NCBI GenBank assembly: GCA_050943055.1
Contig: JBMNOL010000004.1
Span: 3,262-67,261 of the forward strand
DNA length: 64,000 bases
DNA from: Patescibacteria group bacterium
GTDB taxonomy: Bacteria > Patescibacteriota > Patescibacteriia > Patescibacteriales > UBA12465
Reading direction: 5' to 3'
Shown: positions 47,807 through 56,576 of the stretch, piece by piece
Layout of the letters: each line of letters starts with the position of its first letter
Numbering within the stretch: position 1 is the stretch's first letter
Notes under the pieces: generated by a model
The model's database searches: none
The model's input: only the letters and a program-made list of their open reading frames with translations
Told to the model about the DNA's origin: nothing
Translations under genes and position numbers: made by a program

Positions 47807-50749
47807 ATGAAAAAAATTAATTTTAAAAAATTACCGAAAAAATATTATTGGTTGTTTGGAGCCACTCTTTTGTTAATGGTTTTTTTCTTGGCGGAACCGG
47901 CTTTAGCTGCTTGGGATTGGGCCGCTGATATCGTTGGTGGTCTGATTGAAGTTTTAATTCGTGGTGTTTCCGCAATTTTAATCTTGCTGGTTAATGTCTT
48001 TATGGACATTGCGGCTTACAGCGACTTTATTAATTCGCCAGCGGTAGTTAATGGGTGGATAATCGTTCGTGATCTTTGCAACATGCTTTTTGTTCTGATC
48101 TTGTTAGTAATCGCTTTTGCTACTATTTTGGGTCAGGAAAAATACAGTGCCAAAAACATGCTGCCAAAATTAGTTTTAGCAGCGGTATTAATTAATTTTT
48201 CTAAATTAATTTGTGGTTTAACTATTGATATCGCTAATGTCGTCATGCTCACTTTTGTTAATGCTTTTGCCGCTATTGGTGCTGGCAATATTTTAAATAT
48301 TTTAGGAATTGAAAAAATAACCAAGCTTAGGGATGCCGCCGATGTTAATAATGCTACTCTGGTCACCTCCTACATTTTTGGCTTTCTCTATGTGCTTATT
48401 GCCACCGTGGTGGTCGCCTCAATGGTAGCTATGCTAGCTATTCGGGTAGTAATGATTTGGATTTTAACTGTTTTGTCGCCGGTCGCTTTTTTCTTGCAAG
48501 CTGTTCCGGGAAAAGGGGCTAGCTATGCCAGTAAATGGTGGGACGAATGGACGAAGAATTTACTGGTTGGCCCGATCCTTGCTTTTTTCTTATGGTTATC
48601 TTTTGCGGCCCTACAGACCGGCACAAATCCTATTCAGTCCAGTGACGCTGGTGATAAGGAGCTTGCGGCCAACTTGTCTGATCTAGATTCGGGGATTGCG
48701 ACTGAGGGTGGGCAAGTTTCCAACTTAGTTCAGTTTGTGATTGCTATTGGCATGTTAGTCGGGGGGATGACTATTGCCCAATCAGTTGGCGGTGCGGCCG
48801 GCGGCGCAATTGGCGCGGGCATGAAAAATCTTAATAAAGGTAAGGCGAAAGTTTTCGGCGCTGGAGCCGCAATTGGCGCGGGCGCGGTCGCCCTAGGAAA
48901 ATCCGGAGTTAAGAGTATTGGACGCGGTGCGGGCAGTCTGGCTTTGGATGCTGTTTCTCATACCGGTAAAACAGATGCGGCGGGGCAGCCAACTGGAAAA
49001 TTGCAAAAATTTGCGGCCACTTGGAACCAAGATTTGAAAAAAAGTCGTCAAGAGAAAAAGATTGCTTCCAGGCAAAAATATCTGGAAAAATTTGGTTTCG
49101 GTGAGGCATCGGCTCGGGCCGGGAAAGAGTTTGTTGATAGCGTAGGGGAAAAGAAATTACCCTCTTTCCTTAAAACTAAGGTAGCGCTGGCACCTAGCAA
49201 AGAAAAGGTTGAAATGGCTAAAGCGGATATAAAAAATTATGAATCTAATTTAGGCGCGGGCGGTAAAGCTTCTGATGAGGCCATGGTTCGAGATTTTTCT
49301 CGCCGAGCCAAGAATAATCCCAATTTAGTGATGACGGCGGCGGAAAAAGAAGCGCTAAAACGTAGTAAAGATTACCGAGAAAACCAAAATATTTTAGAAG
49401 CTTATAAGTATCGAAAATCTTTTGCCACAACCTCAAATGCTTTTGAAGCTTTTTATAAAGACAAAGATAAGGCCAAAGAAGAACGAAATCAGCGGCGCGT
49501 TGATAGGCTTGCTAAGTCAAAAAATCCATTTAAGGGAGAGAATTATTATGGAGATTATGGTTTAGATGCTGACAATAAAGCTGTTTTAGATGCCATGAAT
49601 AATGGTGCTCCAGGTGAAGCAGGCGCGGAATTGAGAGACAGGCTTATAGCTGGTCTAGATGGAAAAGACATAACTCACGAAGAAGCTGAAAAAATTAATT
49701 TAAGTCTTGAGGCTTATAAAAAGTCTGGTGAAAAATTGACGGGCTTAAAAGTTCTTGATGATAAGCTTAAGAATCTTGGGTTTAGCTCTAATGTTAATGC
49801 TAAAATTAATTTTAAAGATTATGACCCCGAGATAATGCGTCATCGTCCTGGTCAAGGCGGGTTAAAATATGATGCTTTTGGTAAAAATTCTCTTAAGGCT
49901 GCTAATCAGCGCAGTGCCGACAAAGATATAATGGAGCTATCTTTTGATCAATTGGATAAATATAACCAACAAGGCTCCTTAGGAGCGCCCATTTTGGGCA
50001 AAGCGGCGGGATCAGTTTTGACTGGAGATAATTTAAAGAAATCTTTGCCCGCTTTAAATAGTTTAATTGATAGCGAAGCCATCAAGATTAAAAATCAGGC
50101 CGGTTCTAATCCTAGCTCCGAACAGGCTGCCAAAATCAGCCAGTTAGAAGCCATTAAGAGTCGCCTTAGTGATGGCAGCTTGGATAAGTTAGAAATAAAG
50201 AACTCAGATATTGAATATTTAGGTGAAACCGACTCGGTTAAGAGAGCCCGTAGCTATAACACTACGCAGCATGAAAAAATTCATGGCGCCGGATTTACTG
50301 ATGAAGATTTAACCTACAAAGCGGCCGATCTCTTACAGGCTAATAAGCTGATTGGTAATATTCCTAATACTAATAAGCGTTATGATGAAGAATTGGGAAA
50401 AATGATGGCGAATATGTTGGCCGCAAAAATAGATAGTCAGCAAATAGAAGAGGCCATGATTAAGAAAATTGAAGACTGGCGCCTACCAGATGTGGATCGT
50501 GTTTTAGAAAGCGAAGCGGGCGTGCGCTCTAACTTAGTGAAAGAAACCGGCGGGTCATTAGACATTGATAAATTAACAGAAAAAATTGTTGACGGTTTTG
50601 ATGGTGTTCAAAGCGCTTTGTCAGAAAGACAGGTAGAGGAAATTAAAGAGATCACCGAGGAATCGCGAGTAACCAATGTTACTTTGGAAAAAATGGTCAG
50701 AGAGCAAGAAAAAAGAAGTCGAAACAATCTTAGAGGTTATCTAAGTTAA
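47807..50749 (+). CDS. VirB6/TrbL-like (TcpH / Tn916 Orf15-like) polytopic membrane protein with Gly/Ala-rich linker and long hydrophilic C-terminal extension
   Basis: 980 aa. A signal-anchor is followed by about 7 hydrophobic helices in the first 330 aa or so. A GGAAGGAIGAGMKN...GAGAAIGAGAVALG linker comes next, then a charged, Lys/Glu-rich region of about 600 aa. The architecture and operon position match VirB6-type channel subunits of Gram-positive conjugation systems. Confidence 0.6.
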   Translation: MKKINFKKLPKKYYWLFGATLLLMVFFLAEPALAAWDWAADIVGGLIEVLIRGVSAILILLVNVFMDIAAYSDFINSPAVVNGWIIVRDLCNMLFVLILLVIAFATILGQEKYSAKNMLPKLVLAAVLINFSKLICGLTIDIANVVMLTFVNAFAAIGAGNILNILGIEKITKLRDAADVNNATLVTSYIFGFLYVLIATVVVASMVAMLAIRVVMIWILTVLSPVAFFLQAVPGKGASYASKWWDEWTKNLLVGPILAFFLWLSFAALQTGTNPIQSSDAGDKELAANLSDLDSGIATEGGQVSNLVQFVIAIGMLVGGMTIAQSVGGAAGGAIGAGMKNLNKGKAKVFGAGAAIGAGAVALGKSGVKSIGRGAGSLALDAVSHTGKTDAAGQPTGKLQKFAATWNQDLKKSRQEKKIASRQKYLEKFGFGEASARAGKEFVDSVGEKKLPSFLKTKVALAPSKEKVEMAKADIKNYESNLGAGGKASDEAMVRDFSRRAKNNPNLVMTAAEKEALKRSKDYRENQNILEAYKYRKSFATTSNAFEAFYKDKDKAKEERNQRRVDRLAKSKNPFKGENYYGDYGLDADNKAVLDAMNNGAPGEAGAELRDRLIAGLDGKDITHEEAEKINLSLEAYKKSGEKLTGLKVLDDKLKNLGFSSNVNAKINFKDYDPEIMRHRPGQGGLKYDAFGKNSLKAANQRSADKDIMELSFDQLDKYNQQGSLGAPILGKAAGSVLTGDNLKKSLPALNSLIDSEAIKIKNQAGSNPSSEQAAKISQLEAIKSRLSDGSLDKLEIKNSDIEYLGETDSVKRARSYNTTQHEKIHGAGFTDEDLTYKAADLLQANKLIGNIPNTNKRYDEELGKMMANMLAAKIDSQQIEEAMIKKIEDWRLPDVDRVLESEAGVRSNLVKETGGSLDIDKLTEKIVDGFDGVQSALSERQVEEIKEITEESRVTNVTLEKMVREQEKRSRNNLRGYLS

Positions 50750-50766
50750 TTAAAGTTTTATTAAAA

Positions 50767-51816
50767 ATGGATCAAAATTATTTTAACTATTGCCTAGAGA
50801 AATTTAAAGACTTACCGGATCCGGTTAGAGAATTTTTAAATAGTCCGGACACGGCGGCCATAGTTAGGAAAATAGAAATTAAACATGAAGCCTCACTTAG
50901 TTTCTTGGTTGTCCTTGTTGCTATTGGTGAGTTAAGTTTTGAAGATATTCCTAGCTATCTCGAGAAAAAATATCAAATCGAGAAGAGTCGTGGAGAGCTT
51001 ATTGCCGCCGAAATTATTGATCAGGTTTTTGGTCCGCTCTTAAATAAGAAAGATTTAAGCGATGAGGCGGTTATCAACGATATTTTAGGGGAGGAGACCT
51101 TGACTTTAAAGCCCTTAGTTGAGCGTGATCTAGAAGAGCGGCGGCAAATAATTTTAGATATTTTTGAAAATGATTTAGTTTCAACGCTGAAAGCGGATAA
51201 TTCAAACTTAAAAGCTTTGAATTTAGCAATTTTTAAGACTTTTAACGATGATCCGGCTTTGGAAGACCAGGTGGAATCGCTACTTTATAATAATCAAGAA
51301 AAGCTAACTAAGGATAATTTAATTTTGGACGCTTATCCGGCTGCCCCCACCGTTGCCAATTGGTTAAAAGATTTTATTAAAATATACGGCAGTTCTTTTT
51401 TTAGCGATATTTCTTTGGCGGAGTATTTAGTTAAGGCCCCTAATCTAAAAAAATTAGCGAGTGCCGAAAAAGAGTTGGTACGTAAACTTTTAAAGCTTTA
51501 TCGCAATTTAGTTTTCTTTCCTGAAAGCATGGACGGAATTTTATTGGAAAATTGGGAGTTGTTTCCTTTAGAGATGGTGGCAAACGATTCTCTAGTTGAA
51601 ACAAATAAACTTTTAAAGATAGCTACTCCTGCTCCGGTAGAAAAGGAATCTCGCCCGGTTTCTGCTCCCGCTGAAACTAATACTTCCGCCGCTCCTGGTA
51701 ATGAAAAAGAGCAGCTGATTCAAAATTTAGAAAAAAGCTTGGTTAAATATTCTGTTTCCAGTTTAGAATATAAGGCTTTACAGCAAGAAATAAATCGTTT
51801 AAAGCGAGAAGATTAA
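50767..51816 (+). CDS. Hypothetical protein (shares N-terminal domain with the next gene)
   Basis: 349 aa, no TM. The N-terminal 90 aa or so align without gaps to the N-terminus of ORF 51827-53497. No family recognised. Confidence 0.6.
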   Translation: MDQNYFNYCLEKFKDLPDPVREFLNSPDTAAIVRKIEIKHEASLSFLVVLVAIGELSFEDIPSYLEKKYQIEKSRGELIAAEIIDQVFGPLLNKKDLSDEAVINDILGEETLTLKPLVERDLEERRQIILDIFENDLVSTLKADNSNLKALNLAIFKTFNDDPALEDQVESLLYNNQEKLTKDNLILDAYPAAPTVANWLKDFIKIYGSSFFSDISLAEYLVKAPNLKKLASAEKELVRKLLKLYRNLVFFPESMDGILLENWELFPLEMVANDSLVETNKLLKIATPAPVEKESRPVSAPAETNTSAAPGNEKEQLIQNLEKSLVKYSVSSLEYKALQQEINRLKRED

Positions 51817-51826
51817 TTTTTCCTTC

Positions 51827-53497
51827 ATGTTTGACTATTTGCAAAAATTTGATGGCCTGCCAGAGAAAATTCAGGCCAGTGTTTCCTCCCCGGCAGCAAT
51901 GGCGGTCATTTCTGATTTAGAAAAAAAGTATCAAGTCGATTTAGCGGCTTTAGTTATTAAAGTAGTGGTCAAAGATATTGCGTTGGCTGATCTGCCGGCT
52001 CATTTAGTTTCCGAATTTCAATTAAGTCCGGATAACGCTCGCCATTTGACGGCGGACCTAAAAGAGCGGCTCTTTTTTCCGATTGCCAATTACTTAGGCT
52101 ACAATCCTTCTTACTCAACAATTATTCCGGAAGCGAAACCCGTTTCTGATACTTTTTATTTAATTAAAAAGGTTATTCGTGAAGCCGGACTTAACTTCTC
52201 CGTCAGCGAGTTAAACCAACGTTTAGAAAATATTTTAAACACTTATTTTAAGGGCGTTCGCAGCCGCATTGATACTCGCCTAGCTTTAAATAAGGGGATA
52301 ACTAATGGCGGTTTGGGTTTGGACCATAAAATAATTGATCGCTTATTTTTGTTAATTGATCAAGCTCGTGAAAAACCGATCCTTACTCCCACTGCTGAGA
52401 CTGCGCCAGTAACAGATATAAAAAATGACGCGGTGTCTTTAGAAAAAGTGCGCGCGGCTTACCAAAAAGCTGGTACTGCTAGAGATATTCCCTATGATCT
52501 TAAGGCGGCCATCGCTAAGCGACAGGAAGCCGAGGCAGCTCCGCAAAAATTATTAAAAGATGGCGCGGAAACATCTTTAGCAGCGCCGCGATTAACACCT
52601 TTGGCCGTGCCGGTGAAAAAAGAAAAAGCTTCCGAAGTCTCAAAAAATGAGGCCTCTAAAGTTGCTCCCGTTACGTTCCCGACTTCGCCGATTCCACCAG
52701 TACCAGTTGCGCCGACACCAGCGCCGGCATCTCAGCCAGTGTCGGTACCGACGCCGACGCCAATATCAAAGCCAGCCCCGATATTAACTCCTAAGGTGGA
52801 GTCTGTTTTGGTGGCGCCTCTTTTACCAACCAAAGAAGGACTAAGAACCATTGAGCAACCGCCAAAAAAGAAGTCTAATTTCTTTAAAAAAATATTTTCA
52901 AAATCAGAGAAAGAGGTGGCGCCATTACCAACTACGCCAACTCCGAAGCCAACACTAGCTGGCTCGTCTTCAGTGGCGAGTTTAAGACAGCAGGCTCAGC
53001 AAAATATCAATAATCCTCATTTACGGCCCGATTCCATCTCTAGTGCTCCGTTAAAGGCGGGGAGTCAACAATCGGTGGCACCCATTAAGAGCACGCTGGC
53101 GCCTATTAAAAACGCGTTCACACCTCAGCCAACCCCGAGTCCGGTTGTGAATTCTTTAACTAGGCCAAAAACTTTGGGGCCGGTAGAGGAGCTCCATTAT
53201 TTAGAGTTAATCAACTTTCGTCGTTTAGGTGCTTCCCCTAAAGAAGCTGCTGCCAAGATAGAAAAAAAGATTCGTACTCTGGAGAGTGAAGGATATGATA
53301 AAATGGTTGAAGGAATTCTTGCTTGGCGTTCGGGAGAGATAAATAGTATTTATGTTAAAATGGCTAAAGAGGCTTTGAAATATCAGGTAACTTTGAAACA
53401 GATCGCTGATAAATATCAGGCCCAAAAAAATCCTCAATATTTAACCTGGGATGAGATTGAAGAATTGATTGCCCTTAACCATCGTTTAACTTTTTAG
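51827..53497 (+). CDS. Hypothetical protein with shared N-domain, Pro-rich linker and C-terminal helical domain
   Basis: 556 aa. The N-domain is paralogous to the preceding ORF. Pro-rich tracts PVTFPTSPIPPVPVAPTPAPASQPVSVPTPTPISKPAPILTP (about nt 52661-52800) and APLPTTPTPKPT. No family recognised. Confidence 0.6.
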   Translation: MFDYLQKFDGLPEKIQASVSSPAAMAVISDLEKKYQVDLAALVIKVVVKDIALADLPAHLVSEFQLSPDNARHLTADLKERLFFPIANYLGYNPSYSTIIPEAKPVSDTFYLIKKVIREAGLNFSVSELNQRLENILNTYFKGVRSRIDTRLALNKGITNGGLGLDHKIIDRLFLLIDQAREKPILTPTAETAPVTDIKNDAVSLEKVRAAYQKAGTARDIPYDLKAAIAKRQEAEAAPQKLLKDGAETSLAAPRLTPLAVPVKKEKASEVSKNEASKVAPVTFPTSPIPPVPVAPTPAPASQPVSVPTPTPISKPAPILTPKVESVLVAPLLPTKEGLRTIEQPPKKKSNFFKKIFSKSEKEVAPLPTTPTPKPTLAGSSSVASLRQQAQQNINNPHLRPDSISSAPLKAGSQQSVAPIKSTLAPIKNAFTPQPTPSPVVNSLTRPKTLGPVEELHYLELINFRRLGASPKEAAAKIEKKIRTLESEGYDKMVEGILAWRSGEINSIYVKMAKEALKYQVTLKQIADKYQAQKNPQYLTWDEIEELIALNHRLTF

Positions 53498-53500
53498 TTT

Positions 53501-53956
53501 ATGCAACAGTTTACCATTCCGCAATTTATTGATGTTGAAGACAAGATTATCGGGCCGATTACCACCCGTCAGTTTGTTATTTTGCTGGCCGGAGGCGTTC
53601 TGATTGCTATTTCCTACAGGCTTTTTGATTTTGCCGCTTTCATTTTTGTCGCTTTCTTAATTTTAGGGATTTCCGCTGTACTCGCCTTTGTCAAAATTAA
53701 TGGTCGTCCCTTCCATTTTTTTCTTCTTAATTTATTACAGACTTTCAGGCGCCCAAATTTAAGAGTTTGGAATAACCGCTACGGCTATCCTGCCGATGAT
53801 GATCATATTCCGACTTTAAAATTTGATAATACTAAAAATGCGAAGGAATATTTTGAGCGCTCCCGTTTGGCCGAGCTCGCTTTAATTGTTGATACTCAAG
53901 GAGAATATCGTGGTGCGCAGACAGAAGAGGATTTGCCCCTTATTGTTAATGATTAA
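53501..53956 (+). CDS. PrgI-family (VirB3-like) T4SS membrane protein
   Basis: MQQFTIPQFIDVEDKIIGPITTRQFVILLAGGVLIAISYRLF followed by a second TM. The N-terminal pattern (P..i..edKi.GpltlrQ) plus a two-helix hairpin immediately upstream of VirB4 is the PrgI/Orf17 arrangement. Confidence 0.65.
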   Translation: MQQFTIPQFIDVEDKIIGPITTRQFVILLAGGVLIAISYRLFDFAAFIFVAFLILGISAVLAFVKINGRPFHFFLLNLLQTFRRPNLRVWNNRYGYPADDDHIPTLKFDNTKNAKEYFERSRLAELALIVDTQGEYRGAQTEEDLPLIVND

Positions 53957-53959
53957 TTT

Positions 53960-54631
53960 ATGGCTAAGAAAAAACCGCAAGCTCCCGTTTCTACTCAGCA
54001 ATATTTAGACATTGCCGAGATTAAAGACGGCACGATTATTATGAAGGATGGTACTATTCGGGCCATTTTTTTAGCTTCCAGTATTAACTTTGCCTTAAAA
54101 AGTGAAGACGAGCAAAATGCGGTTATCGGTTCCTATGTTAGATTTTTAAATAATTTAAGGTTTACTTTGCAAATTGTTATTCAGTCGCGAGAATTAAATA
54201 TTGAAAATTATTTAATTTATTTAAAAGAAAAAGAAAAAGAACAGACCAATAAATTATTAAAATTACAGACAGCGGAATATATTGATTATATTCAGGAATT
54301 AACTTCTTTGGGGCAAATCATGAATAAGCGTTTTTATGTCGTCGTCCCTTATGATCCGCTCACCGATCAGCATAAAGGCTTTTTTGATTCTTTAAAGGAA
54401 GCGTTGCGCCCCGCCTCCTCAATTGTTTTAAAAGACAAAACTTTCCGTCGTTATCAAAAAAGTTTAGATTTACGCTTGGAAAGTGTGGCGACCGGACTGA
54501 CTTCTTTAGGAGTGAGCGTGGAACGTTTAAATACTCAGCAATTGATTGAATTATTTTATAACACTTATAATCCGGAAACGGCTAAGAATCAAAAGTTAGT
54601 GGATATTAAAAAATTACGCGTGGATTTATGA
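53960..54631 (+). CDS. VirB4 N-terminal-domain-like protein (separate ORF)
   Basis: STQQYLDIAEIKDGTIIMKDGTIRAIFLASSINFALKSEDEQNAVIGSYVRFLNNL matches the N-terminal pattern of Gram-positive VirB4 homologues (Tn916 Orf16/TcpF type). That pattern runs I..dG.i...dG.y...i....iN..L.s..eq..i...y..fLN. The stop overlaps the next ATG (ATGA at 54628-54631). Confidence 0.55.
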   Translation: MAKKKPQAPVSTQQYLDIAEIKDGTIIMKDGTIRAIFLASSINFALKSEDEQNAVIGSYVRFLNNLRFTLQIVIQSRELNIENYLIYLKEKEKEQTNKLLKLQTAEYIDYIQELTSLGQIMNKRFYVVVPYDPLTDQHKGFFDSLKEALRPASSIVLKDKTFRRYQKSLDLRLESVATGLTSLGVSVERLNTQQLIELFYNTYNPETAKNQKLVDIKKLRVDL

Positions 54632-56559
54632 TAGATTTTAGTAAACAAGATGATCGAAAAAAAATCGGTTTAGATACCGATATTCGCGATTTAAATTTTC
54701 GATCCCAATCTGATGATAACGAAAAACCGTTTATTCCCGATCTCTCGGCCGATGAAGCTAAAGACATTATTGAAGAAGAAAAAGCTTTTCGGCGCGGCGT
54801 TTTATCGGTTCGGGATTTGATTTCGCCGGCGGCTTTAAAGGCGGAAGCTAGGCATTTGGTTTTGGGCGGTAAATTTGTCCGAACAATTTTTATTATTGGT
54901 TATCCGCGTTATATTAGTGTGGGCTGGTTTGCCCCGATCATCAATTATAATCTTACTTTTGATGTTTCAATGTTTTTTTATCCGGTTAAGAGTGCAATTA
55001 TTTTAAAACAATTACAAAATAAAGTCGGTAGCATTAGCGCCCAAATTATTGCTGATGCTGAAAAGGGGGCGGCCCGCGATCCCCTACGAGAGACCGCTCT
55101 TCACGATATTGAATTTTTACGCGACTCCTTAACTCAAGGGACAGAAAAGTTTTTTCAATTTTCCTTATACATCACCATTTACGCTGATAACCTAGAAGAA
55201 TTGGATCGGGCCAGCGAACAGATTGAAGATATTTTAGGGTCACGTTTAGTTTATTCACGACGAGTTTATTTCCAATCGGAGCAGGGCTTTAATTCCACTT
55301 TGCCCCTAGGTAATGACGAGCTTTATATTACCTTTAACATGAATTCGTCGCCGATCGCCTCCTCTTTCCCTTTTATTTCCAGCGAGTTAACTAGTGACAA
55401 AGGCATTCTCTACGGCATTAATCGCCATAATAACAGCTTGATTTTGTTTGATCGCTTTTCTTTGCCGAATGCGAACTCTGTTGTTTTTGCTACTTCGGGC
55501 GCCGGTAAAAGCTATGCGATTAAATTAGAAGTCTTGCGATCATTGATGTTAGGCACCGATGTTATTGTGATTGACCCCGAGCATGAATACAAGCATCTCT
55601 CCGATGCGGTCGGCGGGACTTACATTAACATTTCTTTGTCTTCAGAAAACAAGATTAATCCTTTTGATTTACCGCGTTCCGTTGGTGGCGATAGCAAACC
55701 TAAAGATATTTTGCGCTCCGCGGTGATTACTCTTAAAGGTTTATTGCGATTAATGTTGGGTAAATTTAGTTACGAAGAAGATTCAATTATTGATCGAGCG
55801 CTTCTAGAGACTTATGCTAAAAAAGATATTACTCCCGATGTCGATCTTTCTAATATCAGCCCTCCCGTCATTAGTGACTTAGAGCAAGTTTTAGAGGGTA
55901 TGGAAGGGGGCAGTAATTTAGCTTTGCGTCTTAAAAAATATACCGAGGGAACTTTCTCTGGTTTGTTAAATAGCCCGACCAATGTCGAGATGAATAATCA
56001 GTTGGTTTGTTTTTCTGTTCGTGATTTGGAAGACGAATTGCGGCCGATTGGAATCTACACCATTATTAACTACATTTGGAATGTCGTCCGGAGTGAAACT
56101 AAGCGCCGAATACTGGTTATTGATGAGGCTTGGTGGATGATGCAATACGAAGACTCCGCTAAGTTTATTTTTGCTTTAGTTAAGCGCTGTCGTAAATATT
56201 ATTTGGGGATTACGACAATCACTCAAGATGTCAACGACTTTTTAAGCTCTCCTTACGGTCAAGCCATTGTCAATAATTCCTCTATGCAATTACTGCTCAG
56301 GCAATCACCGGCGGCCATTGATTTGGTGCAAAAAACTTTCTTATTGACTGAGGGAGAAAAGTATCTATTATTAGAGGGCGGTTTAGGGGAAGGGATTTTC
56401 TTCGCCGGCAATAAGCATGTGGCGATTAAAGTGGTCGCCTCTTATTCTGAGGATCAATTAATTACTTCCGACCCGCGCCAATTACTGGAAATTGCTGAGG
56501 CTAAGCGTCGCTTTGACGCTTCTCAAGCTTCAGGCAGGGTCGCTGATTTAGATATTTAA
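54628..56559 (+). CDS. virB4: VirB4-like T4SS ATPase (middle + ATPase domains)
   Basis: 643 aa. YPRYISVGWFAPII (the yP..l..gwl block), Walker A ATSGAGKS (nt 55489-55512), Walker B RILVIDEAWWMM (LVIDE at nt 56113-56127), TTITQDVNDF (sensor/arginine-finger region). Confidence 0.8.
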   Translation: MIDFSKQDDRKKIGLDTDIRDLNFRSQSDDNEKPFIPDLSADEAKDIIEEEKAFRRGVLSVRDLISPAALKAEARHLVLGGKFVRTIFIIGYPRYISVGWFAPIINYNLTFDVSMFFYPVKSAIILKQLQNKVGSISAQIIADAEKGAARDPLRETALHDIEFLRDSLTQGTEKFFQFSLYITIYADNLEELDRASEQIEDILGSRLVYSRRVYFQSEQGFNSTLPLGNDELYITFNMNSSPIASSFPFISSELTSDKGILYGINRHNNSLILFDRFSLPNANSVVFATSGAGKSYAIKLEVLRSLMLGTDVIVIDPEHEYKHLSDAVGGTYINISLSSENKINPFDLPRSVGGDSKPKDILRSAVITLKGLLRLMLGKFSYEEDSIIDRALLETYAKKDITPDVDLSNISPPVISDLEQVLEGMEGGSNLALRLKKYTEGTFSGLLNSPTNVEMNNQLVCFSVRDLEDELRPIGIYTIINYIWNVVRSETKRRILVIDEAWWMMQYEDSAKFIFALVKRCRKYYLGITTITQDVNDFLSSPYGQAIVNNSSMQLLLRQSPAAIDLVQKTFLLTEGEKYLLLEGGLGEGIFFAGNKHVAIKVVASYSEDQLITSDPRQLLEIAEAKRRFDASQASGRVADLDI

Positions 56560-56576
56560 AGATAAGATAAATTTAT

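Noticed and set aside
50270-50284. HEKIH (an HExxH zinc-metalloprotease-like motif) in the C-terminal tail of the VirB6-like protein.
   Set aside because: A five-residue motif occurs readily by chance in a 980-aa protein. No third ligand or Met-turn context is recognisable, and the surrounding sequence is low-complexity and charged.
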